Both the position numbers and the translations under genes were made by a program. Below, one piece after another: positions 1-7,616 of a stretch of DNA of 36,845 bases; the stretch's first letter is position 1; every line of letters starts with the position of its first letter. The stretch is taken from IMG/VR virus record IMGVR_UViG_3300040971_000025, positions 1 to 36,845 of that record, one strand, 5' to 3'. Source of the stretch: a virus. Taxonomy: Duplodnaviria > Caudoviricetes. The notes under the pieces are model-generated. The model was given only the letters and a program-made list of their open reading frames with translations. It was not told the origin of the DNA and made no database searches.

Positions 1-132
1 TACCCCTGTAACACGTCACCACGTCGCGCCTCCTGCGTCCTGCGCTGCCATCCCACTCACGCATCATCCCAAACGCGCAACGCCTTAGAATCGAAATAAA
101 GGGGCAAATACGCCGTGCCGTTCTTCGGGCGC

Positions 133-157
133 AAAAAAAGCCCGCTCTTGGGCGGGC
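133..157 (-). terminator. Intrinsic terminator after Mor-like gene
   Basis: GCCCGC/GCGGGC stem (140-157) with A7 at 133-139 (U-tract on minus strand). Confidence 0.75.
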
Positions 158-178
158 ATGGGTTGGTCACGGATGGCA

Positions 179-613
179 CTATTCAGGCTGCACCCCATTC
201 GCCACCACCACGCAAATCGGCAACCTGTGCACGCCCCGGTTCTTAGACCGCTTCAACTTCGCAAATCCGCTATTCCCCAAGCGCTGCTCCTGGGCAATGA
301 GCGCGCTGTACCGCCAGGTGCAGCCAAGCTCGAAGGCTACCTCGTTGTGCGAGTAGCCGCGCTGCAGCAACTCCACGACCTGGGCCGCCAACCGCTTGGG
401 CTGTATGTAGTCATTGGGCACGCTGATATTCTCCCCGCCATAGTGTTTACAGAGCTGGTCCGCTCCGACCTCGCCAAGTGTTTCAACCCATGAATCCGTT
501 GGCCGCTTCGGGATGTAGACGGCCAGGCCTCCCCAACCGAGTAGGAACATGCTGGCCGACTCTGGCCCCATGATCGTCACGAGGCGATGGACGCAGACGG
601 ATTCGGCGGCCAT
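179..613 (-). CDS. Mor/C-family transcription activator (probable late activator)
   Basis: WGGLAVYIP and YGGENISVP motifs plus C-terminal HTH (GYSHNEVAFELGCT); last gene of the arm. Confidence 0.7.
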   Translation of the reverse strand: MAAESVCVHRLVTIMGPESASMFLLGWGGLAVYIPKRPTDSWVETLGEVGADQLCKHYGGENISVPNDYIQPKRLAAQVVELLQRGYSHNEVAFELGCTWRYSALIAQEQRLGNSGFAKLKRSKNRGVHRLPICVVVANGVQPE

Positions 614-957
614 CAGAGGACCACCTGGCCCTGCACCATGTCCCCCGCCTCAAACTTGATACCGAGCATCCCGCACAACCGCTCAGTCTTGACCTTGCGC
701 ATCTCGTCGCACCAAACCTCGAAGTTGTAGGCCGTGACACTGCCTGCCGTCATCTCTTCGACGACATGCGCCACCTGGTCGAGCATGATCCGCACGTCTG
801 CGATCTCGCTGGCGAGCTCCATGGGCTTAATCCTGCCCCGCTTGAACTTCGACAGTGCGGACAGCATTTCGCCAACCTCTTCGGCTACCATGGCCATTTG
901 CGAATCAACGCCCCACTGCTTCACGGCCTCACGGAATGGATTGTCGGTCAGAATCAC
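613..957 (-). CDS. MazG-like NTP pyrophosphohydrolase
   Basis: EEVGE...EIADV acidic motif (ExxE...ExxD); GTG start. Confidence 0.75.
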   Translation of the reverse strand: MILTDNPFREAVKQWGVDSQMAMVAEEVGEMLSALSKFKRGRIKPMELASEIADVRIMLDQVAHVVEEMTAGSVTAYNFEVWCDEMRKVKTERLCGMLGIKFEAGDMVQGQVVL

Positions 958-1311
958 TCACGCCTCCATCGGTAAAATTTCCACCCTCACACACCCGCCC
1001 TTGACCACCTCGCCCCACTCCACCACCTTGCGCCGGATCTGTGAGTCATCGAGCCACACGCCAGCCTTGGTCATCGCGTCGAAAAGCGACTTGCCCGCGA
1101 AGTTGTCTTCATCCCTTCGCCGCATGTCCGGTGGGCAGAGCGTGACGCGGACTTCCAGGGCGCCGGTGATTGGGCGGGCCATGCGTGAGGCCATGACCAG
1201 CTTTGCGACATCGGCGCGGAATCTGCGAGTCTTTGTGGACAGGAAGACACGTCCGCGGCCTTTCTTCCATGTGTGGTTCGTGCTCGGTGGCCAGGGTAAT
1301 TCAAGATTCAT
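958..1311 (-). CDS. rusA: RusA-family Holliday junction resolvase
   Basis: LPWPPSTNH N-terminus, RRRDEDN and DDSQI catalytic motifs; ATG at 1311 overlaps upstream stop. Confidence 0.9.
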   Translation of the reverse strand: MNLELPWPPSTNHTWKKGRGRVFLSTKTRRFRADVAKLVMASRMARPITGALEVRVTLCPPDMRRRDEDNFAGKSLFDAMTKAGVWLDDSQIRRKVVEWGEVVKGGCVRVEILPMEA

Positions 1312-1538
1312 TTGCGCTTGCCAACCTTGCGCCACTCTCTGCACGCCAAGGTCGTGTTCCCCGCCTCGTGCCTAAATTCTTCCTCTTCGCAGTGCTTCCA
1401 CCGACACAGAAAAGTTTCCTCGCCAATCGCGGTAATGACTAGCCATTGCGGTCCATACCCTTCGTCGCCCTCCAGTATATCGCCAACTCCCCACCCATTC
1501 AGTTCAAGCGTTTCTCGCTCAGTCTTCCCTCTTTTCAT
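1308..1538 (-). CDS. Hypothetical protein, 76 aa
   Basis: ATGA-coupled on both sides within the operon. Confidence 0.65.
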   Translation of the reverse strand: MKRGKTERETLELNGWGVGDILEGDEGYGPQWLVITAIGEETFLCRWKHCEEEEFRHEAGNTTLACREWRKVGKRK

Positions 1539-1699
1539 TCCCTTTCCTCCCCCTCTTCATACTTATACGGACTCACCCACCCCACACCAAACCCCACCAC
1601 CTCATCCACCAACCGACACTTGCCCCGTCCCTCGACCACCGCGAAGCCGCACACCTTCCCCGTCCAACATGGGCAATCTGCGCATTCCTTCCTACTCAT
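1535..1699 (-). CDS. Small Cys-rich protein, 54 aa (MSRKECADCPCWTGKVCG...)
   Basis: Read manually; GGAGG upstream, stop overlaps next ATG. Confidence 0.55.
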   Translation of the reverse strand: MSRKECADCPCWTGKVCGFAVVEGRGKCRLVDEVVGFGVGWVSPYKYEEGEERE

Positions 1700-1829
1700 C
1701 ATCCCGTAACCACCTCCTCAGCATCCTCGCCGTCGATCTCAGCAGCGCACGCCGGTGATGGTCGCGCGGATAGTGGAGGGAGAGGCGCTCGGCGGTCAGG
1801 GCGAGTAGCCATGTGAGTGCGTGTCTCAT
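1692..1829 (-). CDS. Hypothetical protein, 45 aa (MRHALTWLLALTAERLSL...)
   Basis: Read manually; ATG overlaps stop of the PAPS-reductase-family gene. Confidence 0.45.
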   Translation of the reverse strand: MRHALTWLLALTAERLSLHYPRDHHRRALLRSTARMLRRWLRDDE

Positions 1830-2617
1830 TCGAACCCCCGGAGATATGCGGCGTAGTAGGATGGAAAGTCTTTGTGTTTCTGCTCTGCATTTGGGTTTAG
1901 GACCATGCGCTCTTCAAACCATGTCCCGCATGAATTTTCAAAAGCCTTCCACATCCCAGGCCAGCGCGACATTGAAAGCTCCCGCGCCTTCGTCTTTCCA
2001 GGGCCACTCCCCATAATGAATGGACAAATAACGCAACCAATGCGGTGGAAACCCTCGTCGTACATTGCAGGGTAGGAAATGCCGTGCGTTTCAATGAACT
2101 CCCAGATATGAAACTCTTTCCACGAGAAGATGGGCTTTATCAGCGTATGCTTGTACTTCTTGAAATAATCTGTGCGCGGCCTGGCTGCTCTCCTAGAGGA
2201 CTCCTCCGCACGCACACCCATCACTCGGACATTAAGCGGGACGCTCAATCCTGGATCTTTCTTCAAAACATCGCAGCACCACCGCTGCATCCGAAGTGGA
2301 GGGGATTTCTTCTTGATCCCTTCCCAAAACGTCATCTTCGGCATCAAAAACGTCACATCCGGGTATTCCTGCCTGATAAACCGCACCACCTCCGGCGGGT
2401 CGATCCTTGTACATGAATAGTAAGCCTGATGTTTGACCCCTGCCATGCGGCACAGGTTGAGCGTGACGATGGAGTCTTTGCCCCCGCTGAACCCCACATA
2501 ATACCCCTCTTCCGGCTCATGCTCTCGGAGGTAGGCGATGGACTCAGCCACCATGGTGCTGGTGTCGAGTAGGCCGGGGAGGAACTGTTGCTTGCCGTTG
2601 TTCTTGGGGGCGCTCAT
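1826..2617 (-). CDS. PAPS reductase-family (PP-loop) protein, CysH/DndC-like
   Basis: GFSGGKDS PP-loop, WCCDVLKK, GVRAEESSRRA, PIFSW, RIGCVICP Fe-S motif. Confidence 0.9.
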   Translation of the reverse strand: MSAPKNNGKQQFLPGLLDTSTMVAESIAYLREHEPEEGYYVGFSGGKDSIVTLNLCRMAGVKHQAYYSCTRIDPPEVVRFIRQEYPDVTFLMPKMTFWEGIKKKSPPLRMQRWCCDVLKKDPGLSVPLNVRVMGVRAEESSRRAARPRTDYFKKYKHTLIKPIFSWKEFHIWEFIETHGISYPAMYDEGFHRIGCVICPFIMGSGPGKTKARELSMSRWPGMWKAFENSCGTWFEERMVLNPNAEQKHKDFPSYYAAYLRGFE

Positions 2618-2679
2618 GCAGACACCTCGGTATTCGGCCCGGCGGTCAGGGCCATGAGGCGGGTGAGGAGGTGTTTCAT
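2614..2679 (-). CDS. 21-aa ORF or remnant (MKHLLTRLMALTAGPNTEVSA), paralogous to the start of 1692-1829
   Basis: ATGA-coupled both sides; N-terminal similarity to 1692-1829. Confidence 0.35.
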   Translation of the reverse strand: MKHLLTRLMALTAGPNTEVSA

Positions 2680-3329
2680 TGCCTTCTCTCCAACATCGGC
2701 CTCGCCCATTTTGCCAAGCCCTGATTCACATGCTGCATTCCAGATGCTGGCAATTCATCCAACTTTCCTTGAGAGTGGATAACTTTTGCCTTTTCCACAT
2801 CACCAATAATCACAGGCTTTTCATCCCTTTCCACCCCAGTGAGTGCATTTTGTCCCTGCGAGATCCCCGGCAATGCGCCATAGTGACGCACGTTTTGTCG
2901 TGAGAAAGCTTGATATGCGGCCGCAAAGTCCTTGAGGAACCACTTTTCATTCTCAACGAGCATGTCGCCAAACTTGGCCCATCCACCGAACTGCTGGATA
3001 ATGACCGCCTGAGTCACTGCATCGTCAAAACAGACCGTCGTGTATGTGCCAACACTCTTGATCGCTTCGAGGACGCGGCAGGCTTCGACCATGGCCTTGT
3101 CTGCCAGACTCCCAGTTCCTCCTGTGATGCAGTCGATGAGCTCAACCGGCTTTGGGAAGAATTTACAGGTCGAGCAGGCTTTGGAAATTCCCTTCTCAAC
3201 TTCGTCGATGGTAAATTTTTCAAGGGCTCTGAAGTATATTTCGATTACGGCCGACTCTGGGTGCTTCTCGTAAAGTGCGCCCATAGCCGTGAGGGAAGAA
3301 ACGAATCTTGGTGCGTCTTGACGTGTCAT
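2676..3329 (-). CDS. Replication-associated protein (helicase loader/inhibitor-like N-terminus, DUF6475-like C-terminus)
   Basis: Directly after initiator; FFPKPVEL and VCFDDAVTQAVIIQQFGGW motifs; start 3329 coupled to upstream stop. Confidence 0.6.
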   Translation of the reverse strand: MTRQDAPRFVSSLTAMGALYEKHPESAVIEIYFRALEKFTIDEVEKGISKACSTCKFFPKPVELIDCITGGTGSLADKAMVEACRVLEAIKSVGTYTTVCFDDAVTQAVIIQQFGGWAKFGDMLVENEKWFLKDFAAAYQAFSRQNVRHYGALPGISQGQNALTGVERDEKPVIIGDVEKAKVIHSQGKLDELPASGMQHVNQGLAKWARPMLERRQ

Positions 3330-4159
3330 TGGTGGGCCTCCTGCATGGCAAGCCATTCCTGGCCGTTTGCTATGGCGCGTTCGATTACCGATGGCTTTCC
3401 TGCTCCTGAATTCTTTTGGAAGATCCGCGAAGCGCTCGCCTCGTCTTCCCATCCGCGCTGATTCAGCCACGTGACGGCGTCACGGGGAAAGTCTCCGTAC
3501 TGCGGAGCGAGGGCGATAATGCGGCCGGTGAGAAGTTCGGCCGTAATTCCTGCGTCGGCCGACACGAGTTTCCAGTAGGAAGCCCACGCTTGCGCCTTCT
3601 TTGTCTTTTGCCCATTCCGAGCCGGATAGGATGCCCAGAATGTTTCGAAGTCCTGGGAATAAACTGCGGGCACTTTTGGCGACTTCGATTTCGGCGTTTT
3701 CGCCGATGTATTTATTTCTTCCTTCTTACCTGTCTTAAAGTCTTTACTTCTAGTTAGTGTCCGTCTGTTGTCCGTCTGTTGTCCGTCTGTTGTATCGCCT
3801 GTTGTATCATCTGCTGTATCATCTGCTGTCGGCTTCGCCTGATAACTATCGAAATTTAATATTGAAATGACTGTCGTTTTGTTGTCCTGTTCTACGTCCA
3901 CCATTTCGCGTTTTTTCAACTCGGAAATGAAGCGTCTCACCTTCCCTCTTGACCACTTCCAGCGCTCGGAAAGGGTCAATTCGGAGTAGCCGACCTGCCC
4001 ACGATTAAGGTCAATTGAGATACCTCTGACCATAATCCAGCCAGGTTTCGTTTGGGCGAGCATGAGCAAATCAACCCAGGCTTGGCCCCTCGTGAAAGGC
4101 TCCATCAGCCAAAGGTCATGATGCGTAAGTTGGCAGTGCAATTTTATCCACCTTCCCAT
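3326..4159 (-). CDS. Phage replication initiator (lambda O/DnaD-like)
   Basis: GRWIKLH...AWVDLLMLA wHTH N-terminus, internal iterons, FETFWASYP...WLNQRGWEDE C-terminus; GAGGT RBS before ATG 4159. Confidence 0.85.
   Translation of the reverse strand: MGRWIKLHCQLTHHDLWLMEPFTRGQAWVDLLMLAQTKPGWIMVRGISIDLNRGQVGYSELTLSERWKWSRGKVRRFISELKKREMVDVEQDNKTTVISILNFDSYQAKPTADDTADDTTGDTTDGQQTDNRRTLTRSKDFKTGKKEEINTSAKTPKSKSPKVPAVYSQDFETFWASYPARNGQKTKKAQAWASYWKLVSADAGITAELLTGRIIALAPQYGDFPRDAVTWLNQRGWEDEASASRIFQKNSGAGKPSVIERAIANGQEWLAMQEAHQ
3758..3826. repeat. Iteron array / probable replication origin
   Basis: TGTCCGTCTGT x3 (3758-3790) then TGTATC(G/A)(C/T)CTG(T/C) x3 (3791-3826) inside the initiator gene, with AT-rich flanks. 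Confidence 0.8.
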
Positions 4160-4220
4160 TTTTACCTCTTGACCTCGGACGCCTATTCTGGCATCTTTGG
4201 GCTTGCTGTTTTTATTGTTT

Positions 4221-4255
4221 GCCCGGTACGTCCCGTCAGACTGCCGGGCTTTTTT
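4221..4255 (+). terminator. Intrinsic terminator antisense to the replication operon
   Basis: GCCCGG...CCGGGC stem followed by T6. Confidence 0.65.
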
Positions 4256-4356
4256 ATTCCGTCCAGTTCTCAAAAAGTTCCTGCCAAAACCGATCACATG
4301 CCGGATGCAGGAACCAAGATTGCTTGCGCACGATGCTCCGTTGTATTTCTCTTTTT

Positions 4357-4614
4357 TTATTTGCGTTCACGGAACGGAAAACCTTTTGTTGTTTCCATCC
4401 CAAAGAATCCAGCATAGCGAAGACTCACAAACTCTTTCTTCCCTCGCTTTTTTATTTCGAGCGATCCTGATATCTCGCAATCAACAACTGCTTTTTTCGC
4501 CTCAACGACTTTCTGTATCGCAATTTTGCGGAAAAACGGGTCATCTAAATGGCCCTCGAATAGCACATGCGAAGCGTCGGAAAATTTATCTACGTACTGG
4601 CCACACACTCCCAT
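4357..4614 (-). CDS. Hypothetical protein, 85 aa
   Basis: GGAGG RBS before ATG 4614. Confidence 0.55.
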   Translation of the reverse strand: MGVCGQYVDKFSDASHVLFEGHLDDPFFRKIAIQKVVEAKKAVVDCEISGSLEIKKRGKKEFVSLRYAGFFGMETTKGFPFRERK

Positions 4615-4634
4615 TTCTGCCTCCGTGATTTGTG

Positions 4635-5030
4635 TTATTCCACCACCGCCTTCTCCAACTCCACCGCCTTCTCCACCCCACAAACAAACACCCGCCACGT
4701 CCCTCTGAAGTCCAAAAAAGGAGCCGACACAGCCCAAGTCTTCACCCTGCGCGGCATCAAATCATCGTCGTAAACAACAGCCGTCACCCGCGCCCCCTTC
4801 CTGATCTGCACCGGCGGCACAGGCTCCACATCCAACGCTTCAGCTTCCCAGTTCAGAGCGTCACAGATCATCCCCACGACGTTCTCGCGGGAATAAAGCG
4901 TCTGCTTCTGCCCGGGGCGGTTCTGGCGGCGGCGGTTGATCTCGACTGTGAAAAGGCCGGATTCTGACGGGTCGGATAGTTTGATTTTTACCGGTGCAAG
5001 GTTGTCAGATTTGACAAGTATGGTGGTCAT
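4635..5030 (-). CDS. Hypothetical protein, 131 aa
   Basis: ATG 5030 overlaps upstream stop; GAGG RBS. Confidence 0.65.
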   Translation of the reverse strand: MTTILVKSDNLAPVKIKLSDPSESGLFTVEINRRRQNRPGQKQTLYSRENVVGMICDALNWEAEALDVEPVPPVQIRKGARVTAVVYDDDLMPRRVKTWAVSAPFLDFRGTWRVFVCGVEKAVELEKAVVE

Positions 5031-5335
5031 GGCTCGATGACCTCTGTTGGAATTTCGCGCGTCCACTTCCACGGCCCGAGGATCAATGTCACCGTGAACG
5101 GCGTTCCGTCCTCGTGCTTGACGATCTGGGCATTCTCAATCTCATGCGTAAAAGCAAATGCGCCAAACAACATCGACCCGCCCACCGCAATGCAAGCCAC
5201 TATTACTGCGAAGCAAGAGAGCGCTCCTCTTGTCCATCCTCCAAGCATGTGCGCTATTTGGCCGACACAATAGCCGGAAAAGAAGCCAGCTCCGATGAGG
5301 ACAAAAAGGAGGGTGTAGAGTTTGAAGTTGCTCAT
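5027..5335 (-). CDS. Small membrane protein with two hydrophobic segments
   Basis: MSNFKLYTLLFVLIGAGFFSG and ALSCFAVIVACIAVGGSMLFGAFAF; ATGA coupling. Confidence 0.6.
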   Translation of the reverse strand: MSNFKLYTLLFVLIGAGFFSGYCVGQIAHMLGGWTRGALSCFAVIVACIAVGGSMLFGAFAFTHEIENAQIVKHEDGTPFTVTLILGPWKWTREIPTEVIEP

Positions 5336-5490
5336 TCTTCCACCCGTTCGGCATACGCAGTCTCGGTCATAAAACACTCCAAGCAAGTGAGGCTCCGCGC
5401 ATTGTCCAGAGCCTCTTCCAGGCTGTCGGCGGTGACTGTGAGTTCGTGCTGGCTGTCGGAAGCGGATAGGTAGATTCGGTAGTAGTTCAT
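5332..5490 (-). CDS. Hypothetical protein, 52 aa (MNYYRIYLSASDSQHELTVTADSLEEAL...)
   Basis: Read manually; ATGA-coupled both sides. Confidence 0.6.
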   Translation of the reverse strand: MNYYRIYLSASDSQHELTVTADSLEEALDNARSLTCLECFMTETAYAERVEE

Positions 5491-5765
5491 ACTGCACCGT
5501 CCGGCTTAACCATGGCCTGGATAGCCAAGAGCGATGCTTCGCTGCGGGCCATGTCTTTTCTGCGCTGCTCCACAAGACGTTGCGCGTTAGCTAAAAGCGC
5601 GGCGTGAGCTTCGCCCCATGTGTCGTAAAAATTATCGTAGGAAGAACGCTTCAAGTTGCGCCGACCGTTTATAAACACGCTAGATTCAGTCTCCCGCTCA
5701 CACTCTACAGCGTCTATATCATTGATAAACGCGTAGTTTGATATCCTTGCCTTGTACTTAATCAT
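5487..5765 (-). CDS. Hypothetical protein, 92 aa
   Basis: ATGA-coupled in operon. Confidence 0.7.
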   Translation of the reverse strand: MIKYKARISNYAFINDIDAVECERETESSVFINGRRNLKRSSYDNFYDTWGEAHAALLANAQRLVEQRRKDMARSEASLLAIQAMVKPDGAV

Positions 5766-5962
5766 CTCCGCACCCTCGCCTTCATCCCTGCCTTGCGCCG
5801 GTTCGCCCTGCTCTTCTGGCTGGCGAAGCTGCGGCCCTTGGTGCGTTGGGGGTTGGTGGATGCGCGGGGAGCCGATTCTCTGCTTATTTTCAAAAGTGGC
5901 GCGTGGTTGGTATCATCCAGCGGTGCCATTAAATATGCCAAAACTCTGCCTATTGCGCTCAT
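5762..5962 (-). CDS. Small basic hypothetical protein
   Basis: GGAGGT RBS, ATGA-coupled. Confidence 0.55.
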   Translation of the reverse strand: MSAIGRVLAYLMAPLDDTNHAPLLKISRESAPRASTNPQRTKGRSFASQKSRANRRKAGMKARVRR

Positions 5963-6204
5963 GCTGCCGCACCTCCCGCTAACCGATACCGCCCAACACG
6001 GGCCTTCCTGCCGTTTGCCTTATCCACCGGGACCATGTCCGTTTCGATCCTGATGCCGGAGTCGCGTAATTCGCCCACGCGTGCGGCTGGACGGCCAACG
6101 CCAAATTCAAGGGAGCAATCCAAGGCTGTGAGTGCGCGTCCGGCCTTGAGCTGCGTTAAGATCCATTCGCGTTGGGTTTGGGCGGATTCTGGGATGTCGT
6201 TCAC
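5959..6204 (-). CDS. Small winged-helix DNA-binding protein
   Basis: ILTQLKAGRALTALD...RPAARVGELRDSG...VGRYRL pattern. Confidence 0.75.
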   Translation of the reverse strand: MNDIPESAQTQREWILTQLKAGRALTALDCSLEFGVGRPAARVGELRDSGIRIETDMVPVDKANGRKARVGRYRLAGGAAA

Positions 6205-6623
6205 TGCCGCACCCCCTGTTCCTTCCGGAATGCAATGAAGTCCTGCTCAAGCTCGCTCGTCGCCATCTCAAGGAGCCTGCCGACCTCTGTCAGCGCTGCC
6301 TTGCTCTGGATCGCCTGATGATAAGCCGCGATGCTCTGGTAGGTGTCGAGTAGCTCTTCCGGGACGGTTGGCTTGTCAGGCTGGCAATCAATGCGTTCCA
6401 GCCTGTAGCCCATGCGCTCTGCAAGGTACTGGAGAATGTCGGTGCGTCCGGTTGACCGCATGAGTGGGATCAGGAGTTCAACGCCGATCTTTGCGCCCTG
6501 GTCAAACGGGTTGAGTTCGCGGCGCAATGTTGAGTATTCGCGCCCCAGGTCTTCGGCCACTTCGCGGCGGTTTTTGCCGCTTCGGTCAACCATGTCTTCA
6601 AGAATCTCGTAAACGTCGCTCAT
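6201..6623 (-). CDS. CII-like regulatory protein (CP76 type)
   Basis: Follows cro; VAEDLGREYSTLRRELNP HTH-like segment. Confidence 0.7.
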   Translation of the reverse strand: MSDVYEILEDMVDRSGKNRREVAEDLGREYSTLRRELNPFDQGAKIGVELLIPLMRSTGRTDILQYLAERMGYRLERIDCQPDKPTVPEELLDTYQSIAAYHQAIQSKAALTEVGRLLEMATSELEQDFIAFRKEQGVRQ

Positions 6624-6703
6624 GATCGCTTGCCCCTAAATTGATAATTGACGGATAGATTACGAACCATCATTGTGTGACCATGGAAAAAGGAAACATT
6701 GGG

Positions 6704-6904
6704 TCATTCTCCGGAGGCTTTTTGGTGAGACGCGCCGCAGAGGAATGGGCGCAATTTCTCATAAGTGCGCAGGGTCATTCCGCCTCGCTCGCCGGTTAAA
6801 ATTCTGGTGATCATGTGCGGCCGTATCCCTGCTGCGGCCGCGAGTTGGGACGGCTTCCACCCATTGCTGTCAAGGCAGGATTGAATTTCACTCTTGATGT
6901 TCAT
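6704..6904 (-). CDS. cro: Cro-like repressor
   Basis: 66-aa XRE HTH (PSQLAAAAGIRPHMITRILTGER), divergent from cI. Confidence 0.8.
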   Translation of the reverse strand: MNIKSEIQSCLDSNGWKPSQLAAAAGIRPHMITRILTGERGGMTLRTYEKLRPFLCGASHQKASGE

Positions 6905-6913
6905 GAGAACCGC

Positions 6914-6963
6914 TTACCCAAATGGGTAAACTTTGTCCAGAAAATATTTATCCGCTTGGGGAT
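6914..6963. promoter_or_regulatory. OR-like operators
   Basis: Palindrome TTACCCAAATGGGTAA (6914-6929) and degenerate TTATCCGCTTGGGGAT (6948-6963) between cro and cI. Confidence 0.8.
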
Positions 6964-6988
6964 TTTTGAGAGACGGAGGTCGTGGTAT

Positions 6989-7357
6989 ATGAACGCAATG
7001 GGATTCATAGAAGACTTCACAGAAGGGCTAAACGCCCTTGTCGGGCCGGGGCGGGAATATGAAAATCCGCACCAACTAGCTCAAAAACTCGGAAAGTCAT
7101 CTAGCCAGGTGACGCGCTATCTTGCTGGCGAAAGGACAAAGCATCTTGGTGCCATAGGCGAGGTGCTTGACGCCCTTGAGTTCAAGCTCCTCAAGCCAAA
7201 AGAGCAGCCTGGAAGAAAAGAACCTTTCGATCTGAGTGCGCTACATACTGAAATCACGCGCGTCCTTTGCGAGATGGACGCCGACGCGAACATTATCAAG
7301 GCGGTTAGTAAGGTTGTACTAGACGTGCGTGACAAGCGACAAAGACGACGTGCGTGA
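6989..7357 (+). CDS. cI: CI-like immunity repressor, 122 aa, no S24 peptidase domain
   Basis: GGAGGT RBS before ATG 6989; HTH NPHQLAQKLGKSSSQVTRYLAGER; divergent from cro. Confidence 0.7.
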   Translation: MNAMGFIEDFTEGLNALVGPGREYENPHQLAQKLGKSSSQVTRYLAGERTKHLGAIGEVLDALEFKLLKPKEQPGRKEPFDLSALHTEITRVLCEMDADANIIKAVSKVVLDVRDKRQRRRA

Positions 7358-7417
7358 CAAGCGACAAAGACGACGGGCGGTTGGCGACAAAGACGACGGG
7401 CGGTTGGCGACAATTAA
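7322..7417 (+). repeat. Adjacent tandem repeats (25 bp x2, 23 bp x about 2) across the repressor stop
   Basis: GACGTGCGTGACAAGCGACAAAGAC at 7322 and 7347; GACGGGCGGTTGGCGACAA at 7372 and 7395. Confidence 0.95.
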
Positions 7418-7532
7418 GAGGTGCCGGAACTGCCCCGGTGGCGCGCCGCCTCAACTTGCGGCCCGATGTGACGTTGCGCCATGCGTAGCTTCACGGGCAA
7501 AAATTACGCTTGTCAAATAGGTGCCGTGGGCA

Positions 7533-7584
7533 TGTCATACAATTTGTATGACAAATTTTGTTGCTGAATGAGCAGGATGCTCAT
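7533..7584. promoter_or_regulatory. Two palindromes upstream of the exported-protein gene
   Basis: TGTCATACAA-T-TTGTATGACA (7533-7553) and ATGAGCA-GGA-TGCTCAT (7568-7584). Confidence 0.55.
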
Positions 7585-7616
7585 GGTGTGCTTCCGGGAT
7601 AAACGGAGGGAGTCTG

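Noticed and set aside
6648-6676. PRE-like promoter TTGACG-17 bp-CATTGT pointing toward cI
   Set aside because: Plausible position but weak -10 and no independent support
7322-7417. Mini-CRISPR array
   Set aside because: Units are contiguous duplications without unique spacers; no cas genes
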